Positions 37,367 to 46,156 of a DNA stretch of 64,000 nt are shown piece by piece; the stretch's first letter is position 1; each line of letters begins with the position of its first letter. Source of the stretch: Minisyncoccia bacterium (GTDB taxonomy: Bacteria; Patescibacteriota; Minisyncoccia; Phycocordibacterales; UBA918); NCBI GenBank assembly GCA_046598345.1, contig JBKJIT010000004.1:137226-201225 (forward strand), written 5' to 3'. Below the pieces are notes generated by a model that was not told where the DNA came from, did no database searches, and saw only the letters and a list, made by a program, of their open reading frames with translations. Both the position numbers and the translations under genes were made by a program.

Positions 37367-37849
37367 TTACATAAAAAACAGGACGACAAGTGGTGCAAGG
37401 AGCCACCAGAAGAATCGCTCTTCTGGGGCAAAGAGTGCTTGTATCGGCGAGCCGGGAGTGAACACATCAGTAACTGGAAGTGCATGATAGCTAAACGCCA
37501 TAACGAGTGCAGTGGCGAGAAGTGCAAGTACAATCTTTTTTCCAAATTGAGCAAAGGGCGTTTCTCTGTATTCAACCGGAATAATTCGTCGAAGAAGAAT
37601 CGTGCCAAGGACAGTGAACGCAGCAAAGAACAAGATCATGATGAGGGCGTTTCCTTTTTCGCTACTTGCTTTTAGGAGTGCGTCAAAATACGGAAACTTT
37701 AAAGTAATGACAAGAGCAATATAGAGCGCTAGTATCGCATTAATAATTGATTGTGTTCCGCGCGCCATACCGAAAAGAAGCATGACACCAAAAACCGCTA
37801 TCAAAAATAACGACTCACTGAGCATTCCAAGTAGGAAGCTAACATCCAT
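37367..37849 (-). CDS. cvpA: CvpA (colicin V production) family membrane protein
   Basis: 160 aa, 4 TM helices, CvpA-like 'LGMLSESLFLIAVFGVMLLFG...'. TATAAT lies 6 nt upstream of the ATG, suggesting a leaderless transcript. Confidence 0.7.
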   Translation of the reverse strand: MDVSFLLGMLSESLFLIAVFGVMLLFGMARGTQSIINAILALYIALVITLKFPYFDALLKASSEKGNALIMILFFAAFTVLGTILLRRIIPVEYRETPFAQFGKKIVLALLATALVMAFSYHALPVTDVFTPGSPIQALFAPEERFFWWLLAPLVVLFFM

Positions 37850-38005
37850 AGTCTTGATTATACTCTGTTAAAGATTACAAAAATGAACTAATACACTAAT
37901 TAGGATTCCTTCAAAGTAAAATTTCTAATTCACTTCGCTAATATGAATTTACTCCCCGACCTCGCGGCCAGGACATTAGGTATAGTCCTGGCATCGCTCT
38001 GGTTT

Positions 38006-38052
38006 TTGTAGCAAAAGAAAAAGTCTCCCTGCGGAGACTTTTTCTTTTGCTA
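38006..38052. terminator. dnaJ terminator: 21-bp perfect stem (GUAGCAAAAGAAAAAGUCUCC / GGAGACUUUUUCUUUUGCUAC). A second 8-bp hairpin lies at about 37955-37980
   Basis: Read directly. Confidence 0.65.
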
Positions 38053-39123
38053 CAAACCTTCTTTTTGGAGATCTTCTACCAATTTTCTTGCAGTTCGGGA
38101 TAACTTCTTAGGAATGTCGACGTGGATTTTTACCAAGAAATCACCACGCCCTCCATCTGAAGGCACTCCACGTTCACGAATACGAAGCATTTCTCCGTGC
38201 TTTACTCCTTCTGGAATTTTAATTTTTACGATGCCATCGAGTGTCTCAACTCCGTATGTATTCCCAAGTAATGCGTCAGTGAGCTTAACTGGAAGATTGC
38301 TGAGGAGATTTTTTCCGTCTCGAACAATTGTTTGGTGTGGAGCAACATGGACTTTAATATACAAATCTCCCGGCACTCCTCCCTGTACTGCTTCGCCTCG
38401 TCCTGTCATACGAATCATCTCACCGTGCTCAATTCCTGCAGGAATATTGATATCAATCTGATCCTCTACTTTACGAATACCCTTACCATGACAATCAGGA
38501 CATTTTACCTTTGGCATCTTGCCGAGGGCTCCACACGCTGCGCACTCACGCACTGTAGTAAAGTTCCCCAAGATACTTTGGCGAGTTTCTCGAACTTTTC
38601 CATTACCATTACATACACTGCAGGTCGTCATTTCAGTTCCCTTTTCCGCGCCAGTCCCTGTGCATGTAGAACAGGTATTGTTTTTCATGAGCTTAAGCGA
38701 GCGCTTACTACCGAAAACAGATTCTTTGAATGCAAGTTCGATATCAACGGAAATATCATTGCCGCGTGATTGGCGCTTTCCACTTCGTGCACCTCCTCCG
38801 AAAATATCTCCAAAGTTTTCAAAGATGTCATTGAGGTCAAATTCAACATTTTGAGCATTGAATCCACCCTGAAAACCACCCCAACCAAATGGCCCCTGGT
38901 TTGGGCTTCCTCCACCGCTGTATGAACGGCCATATGCGTCGTATTCCGCGCGTTTCTTGTCGTCACTTAAAATCGAATACGCCTCACTGATTTCCTTGAA
39001 TTTAACCTCATCACCAGTCTTTTTGTCTGGGTGATACTTAGTTGCAAGCTTACGAAAAGCCCGCTTTACCTCGTCTTTTGAGGCTGTTTTTGTAATCCCT
39101 AGAATAGTGTAGTAATCCTTCAT
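38050..39123 (-). CDS. dnaJ: Chaperone DnaJ
   Basis: J-domain 'YHPDK', G/F region and four CxxCxGxG zinc-finger repeats. Confidence 0.92.
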   Translation of the reverse strand: MKDYYTILGITKTASKDEVKRAFRKLATKYHPDKKTGDEVKFKEISEAYSILSDDKKRAEYDAYGRSYSGGGSPNQGPFGWGGFQGGFNAQNVEFDLNDIFENFGDIFGGGARSGKRQSRGNDISVDIELAFKESVFGSKRSLKLMKNNTCSTCTGTGAEKGTEMTTCSVCNGNGKVRETRQSILGNFTTVRECAACGALGKMPKVKCPDCHGKGIRKVEDQIDINIPAGIEHGEMIRMTGRGEAVQGGVPGDLYIKVHVAPHQTIVRDGKNLLSNLPVKLTDALLGNTYGVETLDGIVKIKIPEGVKHGEMLRIRERGVPSDGGRGDFLVKIHVDIPKKLSRTARKLVEDLQKEGL

Positions 39124-39236
39124 ACATGCTCGAAATAAGCCGTTAAAATGACCTATTTATGAGAGGTGGCTATCGCCAAATCTCGTAGTGAGGGTAATAT
39201 AGCACATCCCTGAAAACCCGCACTTATTTGACAAAG

Positions 39237-41135
39237 CTATTTATCTGTTTTTGAATCTTCTTCAGAAATATCAGCGTCAGTAACGTTTTCATCAGTTTTT
39301 TTCTCTGTGGCGTTCGCCTGCCCACTGGTATCACTCTGTCCTTGCATCGCGCCTCCAATTTTTTGCATTTCAGTACTCAGTGTTTGTGTTGCAGCTTTAA
39401 TTGCTTCCACGTCGTCCTTGTCCTTTACTTCCTTGAGGGATGTTACTGCTCCTTCAACACTCGTTACCAGATCCGCCGGTACCTTGTCCTTATGGTCTGT
39501 GAGTGATTTCAGAGCTGTGTAGATCATCTGATCAGCAAGATTGCGAGATTCAATAAGTTGCTTCTTTTTTTCGTCCTCACCAGCATGTTCTTCTGCATCC
39601 TTTTTCATGCGTTCGATATCTTCCTCGGTAAGTCCGGAAGTTGCCTCGATGCGGATCGTCTGTTCTTTGTTGGTTGCTTTGTCCTTCGCGGTTACTTTGA
39701 GTACACCGTTACTGTCGACATCGAAGATCACTTCAATTTGTGGCATGCCACGGGGCGCTGGTGGAATTCCATCCAGGATAAATCGGCCAAGTGATTTGTT
39801 GTCAGCTGCCATAGGGCGTTCACCTTGCGTGATGTGAATTTCAACTGATGTCTGTGTGTCCGCAGCGGTTGAGAAAACTTGTTCACGTTTCGTAGGAATG
39901 TGTGTATTTTTTTCAATGAGTTTTGTTGCTACTCCTCCCATAGTTTCGATACCGAGTGAAAGCGGGATCACATCTACAAGCGTAATATCGTGCACGTCTC
40001 CCTGGAAAATTCCTGCCTGAATCGCTGCGCCGAGCGCAACTACCTCGTCTGGGTTTACCGATTTGTTTGGTTCTTTTCCAAAAAGTTCACGTACTGCTTG
40101 TACGATAGCAGGCATACGTGTCTGCCCTCCTACAAGAATAATCTCATCGATGTCCTCCTTCTTAAATGGAGATGCTTCGAGCGCTCGCTTCGTAATTTCA
40201 ATTGATCGGTCTACAAACTCATGTGCAAGTTCTTCAAGTTTTGCCCTAGTAAGCTTAAGTAAAAGGTGTTTAGGTCCATTGGCGTCTGAGGTAATAAACG
40301 GAATGTTAATCTCCGCTTCGCCTGTTGTGGAGAGTTCGTGCTTAGCCTTCTCTGCAGCCTCGTCAAGTCGCTGAAGCGCAAGCGGATCATTCCCAAGGTC
40401 GATGCCTTCGAGGCTTTTAAATTCCTGAATGAAGTGTCGTACGATCTTCTGATCAATATCCCGTCCTCCCATGTGTGCATCCCCATCTGTTGACTGCACC
40501 TCAACAACATCATCTCCTACATCGAGTACGGTGATGTCAAATGTTCCTCCCCCGAAGTCGTATACCACAATCTTTTCGTCTTTCTTTTTATTGAATCCAT
40601 AGGCAAGAGCTGCTGCTGTAGGTTCATTAATGATGCGCAGTACATTTAGTCCTGCGATCTTCCCTGCATCCTGTGTTGCTTTTCGTTGTGCATCATTAAA
40701 ATAGGCAGGCACGGTAATAACAGCTTCAGTGATTTTCTCACCGAGCTTCGCCTCAGCGTCGGCCTTAAGCTTCGAAAGGATCATTGCGGACACTTCCTCA
40801 GGACGGTAGTCCTTTTCTCCCATGTGGACCAAGACACCTTTGTCAGGACCTTCCTTTACTTCATATGGAACGATTGCTTTGTCGCTCTGGACAGCTGGCT
40901 CATCAAAATTGTGTCCCATGAATCGCTTGATTCCGTAAATCGTATTTTTTGGATTTGTTACTGCTTGTCGCTTAGCAATTTGGCCCACGAGACGCTCCTT
41001 TGTCTTAGAGATAGCCACAATTGAAGGAGTAGTACGATTACCCTCACTATTTTCAATGATGGTCGGTTCACCGCCTTCAATAATTGCCACTGCAGAGTTT
41101 GTTGTTCCCAAATCTATTCCAAGTATTTTTGACAT
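39237..41135 (-). CDS. dnaK: Chaperone DnaK (Hsp70)
   Basis: '[11 protein letters not shown]', 'DLGGGTFD' and '[11 protein letters not shown]'. Confidence 0.95.
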   Translation of the reverse strand: MSKILGIDLGTTNSAVAIIEGGEPTIIENSEGNRTTPSIVAISKTKERLVGQIAKRQAVTNPKNTIYGIKRFMGHNFDEPAVQSDKAIVPYEVKEGPDKGVLVHMGEKDYRPEEVSAMILSKLKADAEAKLGEKITEAVITVPAYFNDAQRKATQDAGKIAGLNVLRIINEPTAAALAYGFNKKKDEKIVVYDFGGGTFDITVLDVGDDVVEVQSTDGDAHMGGRDIDQKIVRHFIQEFKSLEGIDLGNDPLALQRLDEAAEKAKHELSTTGEAEINIPFITSDANGPKHLLLKLTRAKLEELAHEFVDRSIEITKRALEASPFKKEDIDEIILVGGQTRMPAIVQAVRELFGKEPNKSVNPDEVVALGAAIQAGIFQGDVHDITLVDVIPLSLGIETMGGVATKLIEKNTHIPTKREQVFSTAADTQTSVEIHITQGERPMAADNKSLGRFILDGIPPAPRGMPQIEVIFDVDSNGVLKVTAKDKATNKEQTIRIEATSGLTEEDIERMKKDAEEHAGEDEKKKQLIESRNLADQMIYTALKSLTDHKDKVPADLVTSVEGAVTSLKEVKDKDDVEAIKAATQTLSTEMQKIGGAMQGQSDTSGQANATEKKTDENVTDADISEEDSKTDK

Positions 41136-41156
41136 ATTGTGTAAGGTTATGAATGA

Positions 41157-41741
41157 TTAATTTTCTTGTGCTACTCCAACGCCAACTTTTGCAGGTCGAA
41201 TCACTACGTCATTCCGTTTATACCCTTTCTGGAGAACCGAGATTATGGTGTCCTGCTTTTCAGGGTCATCTACCGGAATATTAGCTAATGCTTCATGTTC
41301 GTGGGGGTTAAATTGCTTTCCGAGTGTTTCAATTTCGGTAACGTCGTAACGTTTAAGGAGACTCATGAGAATACTCTGAATCCCGAGAATGCCCTCTCGC
41401 CACTTCGGATCAAGTGATGTGGTGTCGAGGAGCGCATGCTCAAACCCATCAACGAGCGGCAAAATATTTCCAAGAAATGCATCGACTTGTCGTTCGCCAG
41501 TACGAAGTGATTGTTCTTCAATACGTCGCTTACTGTTTAAGAAATCTGCTTTAGTACGCTGCAGGTTTTCGAGCAGATCAGCCTTCTCGGTCTCAAGTGT
41601 TCTTACTTTCTCACGAAAGCTTTTAAGCTTGTCCTGAAGTCGTTCTTCAGTTTCTATTTCTTCAGCTTCTTCGCTCTCTACGTAATCGGCGTCGTCTTCT
41701 CTCTGCACTTCTTCATCAAAATTATCTTTTCTGTCTTCCAT
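41157..41741 (-). CDS. grpE: Nucleotide exchange factor GrpE
   Basis: Acidic N-terminus, coiled-coil region, and C-terminal 'GYKRNDVVIRPAKVGV'. Confidence 0.9.
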   Translation of the reverse strand: MEDRKDNFDEEVQREDDADYVESEEAEEIETEERLQDKLKSFREKVRTLETEKADLLENLQRTKADFLNSKRRIEEQSLRTGERQVDAFLGNILPLVDGFEHALLDTTSLDPKWREGILGIQSILMSLLKRYDVTEIETLGKQFNPHEHEALANIPVDDPEKQDTIISVLQKGYKRNDVVIRPAKVGVGVAQEN

Positions 41742-41750
41742 AGATTCGGT

Positions 41751-41779
41751 ATTATACAGATGGTTTCTCTGTGTGTCAA
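41751..41779 (-). promoter_or_regulatory. Perfect consensus sigma70 promoter (TTGACA-N17-TATAAT) ending about 9 nt before the grpE ATG; near-leaderless
   Basis: Minus strand: TTGACAcacagagaaaccatctgTATAATaccgaatctATG. Confidence 0.6.
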
Positions 41780-41812
41780 AAACGGCTTGATTTAGACCTG
41801 GGGTGAATTTTA

Positions 41813-41850
41813 GTAACCGGCCACCGGTCTTAAGACCGGTGGCCGGTTAC
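41813..41850. repeat. 38-nt perfect palindrome GTAACCGGCCACCGGTCT-TA-AGACCGGTGGCCGGTTAC, 35 nt upstream of the grpE -35
   Basis: Read directly. It is not CIRCE and not HAIR. Confidence 0.6.
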
Positions 41851-42085
41851 TATCTCGTACGTCCAAGTTGCTAAGTAAATTTTTAATACTTAAAAATTAA
41901 CTAAGCACTTGCGACCCCACCTCGCGGTTTCTTTGTTTCAAAACTAAGAAACATCGCTGCGGTCGTCAGATTATCGTTTTGGCGTCAGGTCACTAATTCA
42001 CTCCGCTCATAAGTGCCTCCTGCCCGGCCTCGCATCGTATCGTCCTATGAAGGACGATACGATGCTCCGGCTGAGTAAGCGAAGA

Positions 42086-42112
42086 AAAAGCCCCTCAATG
42101 GGGCTTTTTCTT
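42086..42112 (-). terminator. rpsI rho-independent terminator (aaaaagcccctcaatggggcttttt)
   Basis: Perfect stem with a U tract immediately after the rpsI stop. Confidence 0.75.
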
Positions 42113-42514
42113 TTAACGCTTACTCCACTGTGGGGCTCGTCGCGCCTTTTTGAGGCCAAATTTCTTTCGCTCAACTGCACGTGGATCTCGCTTAAGGAAT
42201 CCACCACGTTTAAGTGGAATACGGCGATCTGCTTTTTCCTTTACGAGTGCGCGTGCAATACCGAGACGGATTGCTTCAGCTTGTGAAGAAAGTCCTCCTC
42301 CTTGTACTTTTGCAGAAATTTCGTAGGTCTCGATTCCAGCATCCTTTGTTTCAAGTACTGAAAGTACATTCTTCTGAAGCGCGAGTGCGCTAAAGTATTC
42401 AGCGATAGGACGCTCGTTCACGATAATTCGCTGCTCCTTTGAGGGAGTTATACGAACTCGCGCAGAAGCTGTTTTTCGTCGTCCAATGCCTTCAATATAC
42501 TGTTTGGTTGCCAT
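42113..42514 (-). CDS. rpsI: 30S ribosomal protein S9
   Basis: Ends with the S9 tail '...RRAPQWSKR'. Confidence 0.92.
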   Translation of the reverse strand: MATKQYIEGIGRRKTASARVRITPSKEQRIIVNERPIAEYFSALALQKNVLSVLETKDAGIETYEISAKVQGGGLSSQAEAIRLGIARALVKEKADRRIPLKRGGFLKRDPRAVERKKFGLKKARRAPQWSKR

Positions 42515-42522
42515 ACGAATGT

Positions 42523-42873
42523 TTAATCAATAACTACGAGATTTTTCATGCGACCTTTGTGAAGTCTATTCTTTGGGATCATGTTGCTTACTACGCGACG
42601 GACTACTTCACCGTATCCACGTCGTGTTGCCAGGTGAATCAAGGTCTCTACCTTTCGTCCTCCAGGGTAACCTGAGTAGTTCTGAAATTCCATTTTTCCT
42701 TTCTTTTCAGAAATATCGAGCTTGCTTGCATTCTGTACTTTCACAGTCACTGGAGCAATTGCATTCTTGGTAAAAGAAGTTGAGTTTTTACCGAGAAGCA
42801 CAGACGCAACCTCCGTTGCTACACGGCCGAGTCGCTTTCCTGCTGCATCAATGATGTATTCTTGATTTTCCAT
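42523..42873 (-). CDS. rplM: 50S ribosomal protein L13
   Basis: 'IIDAAGKRLGRVATEVA' is the L13 N-terminus. The start is at the internal Met, to avoid overlap with rplQ. Confidence 0.9.
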   Translation of the reverse strand: MENQEYIIDAAGKRLGRVATEVASVLLGKNSTSFTKNAIAPVTVKVQNASKLDISEKKGKMEFQNYSGYPGGRKVETLIHLATRRGYGEVVRRVVSNMIPKNRLHKGRMKNLVVID

Positions 42874-42877
42874 ATAA

Positions 42878-43231
42878 TTATACAAATTCAATCACCGCTT
42901 CTCTTCGTCCTGCATGCGTGTCACCCATACGGGTAATACGAGTATAGCCCCCTACCCGATCCTTAAAGCTAGTAGCGATTTCACCAAAAAGCTTTTCGAT
43001 AACTTTTGATTGTGGTTCACCGAGCTTTGTTGCGGCACGTCGTTTTGCAACGATCGTCCCCTCCTTTCCATACGTTACGAGACGTTCGATGTAAGGTCGA
43101 AGTTCCTTTGCCTTAGCTTCGGTGGTAAGGATTTTCTTATGTTCAATGAGAGAAATAGCAAGACCACGCAAAAGTGCTGTGCGCCCTTTACGATCTCGAT
43201 TTAATCTTCGGTTTGCGTTGTGGTGTTGCAT
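42878..43231 (-). CDS. rplQ: 50S ribosomal protein L17
   Basis: 'KELRPYIERLVT...GGYTRI' matches L17. Confidence 0.9.
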   Translation of the reverse strand: MQHHNANRRLNRDRKGRTALLRGLAISLIEHKKILTTEAKAKELRPYIERLVTYGKEGTIVAKRRAATKLGEPQSKVIEKLFGEIATSFKDRVGGYTRITRMGDTHAGRREAVIEFV

Positions 43232-43236
43232 ACGTA

Positions 43237-44205
43237 TTAATCCTTAAGTCCCGTGTTCATTTTTGTGAGCATTTCTTCGATCTCATCAAGTCCTTTTGGT
43301 CCAATGCCGTCGAGAGCGAGGATATCATCTTTTCGCTTTCTCACAAGTCCTCCAACCGTTCTGATGTTCGCGTTCTCGAGTGCCCCTAGTGTTCTTGATG
43401 AGAGATCAAGTGTTTCAATACGAGTCTTGAGAACGTCAGAATCTACTTCAACTTCCTCAGATTTCGGTGCCAGAGTAGTGTCTACGGCAGCTTCACGAAC
43501 CTGTGGTTCTGAGTCTTGGAAACCAATCACCGACTTGAGTTGATGAATCATAATCTCAATAGAATTCTCGAGTGCCTCACGCGGCGTGAGTGTTCCATCA
43601 GTCTCAATGAAGACGCGAAGACGATTATAGTCAGTTCTGTCTCCTACACGCATGTTTTCAACCTCGTAATTCACGCGGCGAATCGGCGTAAACACTGCAT
43701 CGAGCGCGATGGTTCCAATGTCAACCTTTTCTTTCTGGTGCACTTCTCGTGGCACATACCCAAGACCGTGTTCAACCGTAATATCCATTTCCAGCTTCGT
43801 TCCTTTAGCAGTAATCTCTGCAATATGTTGGTTAGGATTAAGAATTTCAATTTGTGAAGGTGCATTCATTGAACCGGCAGTCACAACACCAACTTCGTTT
43901 GCCTTAAGTGTTACGGTAAGTTTTTCGTCTCCATGCATAAGAAGTCGAACCTTCTTAAGGTTGAGGAGAATGGTTATAACATCTTCCTTTACACCACTCA
44001 TTGCTGAAAATTCATGTTCAACCCCCGTGATCTTTACATGCGTAATTGCAGCTCCTGGAAGTGAGGAAAGAATGATTCGACGCAGTGAATTTCCGAGCGT
44101 GTGGCCATACCCTGGGTATAGTCCATCAATTTCATAGACACCCTGGAACTCCTCCTCAGAGATGACGCGTGGTTTTGACGGCAATGCAACACTTTTTTCT
44201 AGCAT
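43237..44205 (-). CDS. rpoA: DNA-directed RNA polymerase alpha subunit
   Basis: NTD 'GHTLGNSLRRILLSSLPG' and CTD 'LDLSSRTLGALENANIRTVGGL'. Confidence 0.93.
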   Translation of the reverse strand: MLEKSVALPSKPRVISEEEFQGVYEIDGLYPGYGHTLGNSLRRIILSSLPGAAITHVKITGVEHEFSAMSGVKEDVITILLNLKKVRLLMHGDEKLTVTLKANEVGVVTAGSMNAPSQIEILNPNQHIAEITAKGTKLEMDITVEHGLGYVPREVHQKEKVDIGTIALDAVFTPIRRVNYEVENMRVGDRTDYNRLRVFIETDGTLTPREALENSIEIMIHQLKSVIGFQDSEPQVREAAVDTTLAPKSEEVEVDSDVLKTRIETLDLSSRTLGALENANIRTVGGLVRKRKDDILALDGIGPKGLDEIEEMLTKMNTGLKD

Positions 44206-44229
44206 ACGTATAGATTTAGTTATTAATAA

Positions 44230-44838
44230 TTATCGACTGTAAAATTCGAGGACTTGCTGAGGGTCGAAAAGAGTCTCGGTAGGCTCGTAAATAGGATCAG
44301 ACTTCTTCTCACCAGACAGGTTCTTTACATCGAAAGTAAGCCAATTTGGAACTCCAGCCTGCTGATGCTCTTCAGCAAGACTAGTAAAAAGAATTGACTG
44401 CTTACTTTCAGTGCGTACTGAAACAACATCCCCTATCGTTGTGCGGTATGAAGGGATATCAAGCTTTCTGCCATTAACCATAATGTGTCCGTGTGAGACC
44501 ATCTGGCGCGCGAGAAGACGTGTCTTTGCAAGTCCTAGTCGATAGACCACATTATCAAGACGTGATTCAAGTCGGCTCATAAGCATTGCGATCGGCTGAT
44601 GAGTTTTGCTCATAGCTTCATCAATATAACGACGAAGTTGCTTTTCAGTAATGCAGTACGTAAAACGCATCTTTTGCTTCTCAATGAGCTGCTTTTTAAA
44701 ATCGGAAGCCATACCCATGCGCTTCGTCTTATTCTTTGCGCTACGCGCTTCAGAAAGAGCAAACTTCTGCGTCTGCGTTTTTTCAAACACAGCAGCTCCG
44801 AGTCGCTTAGCAATTTTGTATTTAGGCCCGATAATCAT
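44230..44838 (-). CDS. rpsD: 30S ribosomal protein S4
   Basis: '[39 protein letters not shown]'. Confidence 0.92.
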   Translation of the reverse strand: MIIGPKYKIAKRLGAAVFEKTQTQKFALSEARSAKNKTKRMGMASDFKKQLIEKQKMRFTYCITEKQLRRYIDEAMSKTHQPIAMLMSRLESRLDNVVYRLGLAKTRLLARQMVSHGHIMVNGRKLDIPSYRTTIGDVVSVRTESKQSILFTSLAEEHQQAGVPNWLTFDVKNLSGEKKSDPIYEPTETLFDPQQVLEFYSR

Positions 44839-44857
44839 AATAAAAACGTAAAACTAA

Positions 44858-45289
44858 TTAAATGCGGCGTTCCTTAGGTGGTCGTGGACCGTTGTGCGGA
44901 ACTGGGGTCTGGTCAGAAATTGAGGTAATTGAAATCCCCTTTGATGAAAACCCTCGAAGTGCTGATTCTCGCCCTGCTCCAACGCCTTTGATCACCACAT
45001 TTGCATCCTTCATGCCCATCTGTTGAGCTTTTTCACCGATTATTTCACCAACTTTGGCTGCTGCAAATGGAGTACTTTTCCGTGATCCTTTGAAGCCAAG
45101 CGCTCCACTTGAGGCTCCTATAAGCGTATTTCCCTTGTTATCACAGAGTGTGAGGATCGTGTTGTTGAATGTTGCAAGAACGTTAAGCGTGCCAACTGCA
45201 ATTTTTTTCTTAGGAATACGTGAAAGCGCTCGTGAAGAACCACTTACATCCGATCCACCCCCTTTTTTAATTATTCGTTTCTTACCCAT
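44858..45289 (-). CDS. rpsK: 30S ribosomal protein S11
   Basis: 'KAAKVGEIIGEKAQQMGMKDANVVIKGVGAGRESALRG'. Confidence 0.9.
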   Translation of the reverse strand: MGKKRIIKKGGGSDVSGSSRALSRIPKKKIAVGTLNVLATFNNTILTLCDNKGNTLIGASSGALGFKGSRKSTPFAAAKVGEIIGEKAQQMGMKDANVVIKGVGAGRESALRGFSSKGISITSISDQTPVPHNGPRPPKERRI

Positions 45290-45324
45290 AGGAAAAATAA
45301 TGTGTGATAAAGCAGCTTAAAAGT

Positions 45325-45702
45325 TTATGTTTTCTCAAGCTTTCGGCGTCCTGAACTCATGGTCTTCTTAACTCCCTTCAATGTACGAGCGTTCGTCTTT
45401 GTTCGTTGACCCCGCGCAGGAAGACGTTTTGCGTGTCGACTACCTCTATACGCCTGAATATCTTTGAGGCGTTTAATATTTCCACTTATCTCTCGCTTTA
45501 GCTCACCTTCAATGGTGTAGGCTTCAACCTTCTCACGAATAGCATTTTCCTCTTCAGTAGTGAGTTCAGTGGGCTTCTTTTGAAGCGGGATGCTTAGCTC
45601 ACCTAAAATAGTTCGAGAGCGTGATACACCAATACCGTGCACTGCCGTGAGCGCATACTCAAGGTGCTTTGTATCTGGAATTGTAATACCTGAAATTCTC
45701 AT
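45325..45702 (-). CDS. rpsM: 30S ribosomal protein S13
   Basis: 'MRISGITIPDTKHLEYALTAVHGIG'. Confidence 0.92.
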   Translation of the reverse strand: MRISGITIPDTKHLEYALTAVHGIGVSRSRTILGELSIPLQKKPTELTTEEENAIREKVEAYTIEGELKREISGNIKRLKDIQAYRGSRHAKRLPARGQRTKTNARTLKGVKKTMSSGRRKLEKT

Positions 45703-45703
45703 G

Positions 45704-45820
45704 TTAACCTTGGCGTTGCTTATTGCGAGGCTTCTTCTTATTAATCACATAAATCACCCCCCTGCGGCGCACGATCTTATCATCCGGACTGATTTTTTTA
45801 ACTGATGATCTAACTTTCAT
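45704..45820 (-). CDS. rpmJ: 50S ribosomal protein L36, zinc-less (C-) form
   Basis: Manual translation: [38 protein letters not shown]. The canonical Cys/His zinc ligands are replaced by S, D, Y and N. Confidence 0.8.
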   Translation of the reverse strand: MKVRSSVKKISPDDKIVRRRGVIYVINKKKPRNKQRQG

Positions 45821-45821
45821 A

Positions 45822-46049
45822 TTACAAACGTTTAGTTATTCGTGCTTTTCCTCCATATGGCTCGGGTACCAAGGCAACTCGGTCGCCCACAAGCACCCTG
45901 ATTTTGAATTTGCGCATTTTGCCAGCGAGGTACGCAATAATCGGTTTTTCTTCCCCGTCTATCAATACACGAAAAAGCGCATTTGCAAGCGCCTCTTCGA
46001 CTGTTCCATAGACGAAGCCCTCTTTACTGTCTGATTTTTCTTGCATCAA
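45822..46049 (-). CDS. infA: Translation initiation factor IF-1
   Basis: '[16 protein letters not shown]...GRI' in the S1-like fold. Confidence 0.9.
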   Translation of the reverse strand: MMQEKSDSKEGFVYGTVEEALANALFRVLIDGEEKPIIAYLAGKMRKFKIRVLVGDRVALVPEPYGGKARITKRL

Positions 46050-46156
46050 ACGACCGTGAGTTTAACAAAGTAATAACCATGCGTCAAGTCGCTCATCCCC
46101 ACTCCATCTTTTATTCCCATACAACTGCGTGTAAAAGTCACTTTAGAAAGATTACT

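Noticed and set aside
37937-41926. Direct repeat CC(G/C)ACCTCGCGG flanking the dnaK operon (37937 and 41914)
   Set aside because: A 12/13-nt match at this distance is expected by chance in 64 kb.
41742-42112. CIRCE (HrcA) or HAIR (HspR) operator upstream of grpE
   Set aside because: Neither TTAGCACTC-N9-GAGTGCTAA nor CTTGAGT-N7-ACTCAAG is present. The palindrome found is unrelated.
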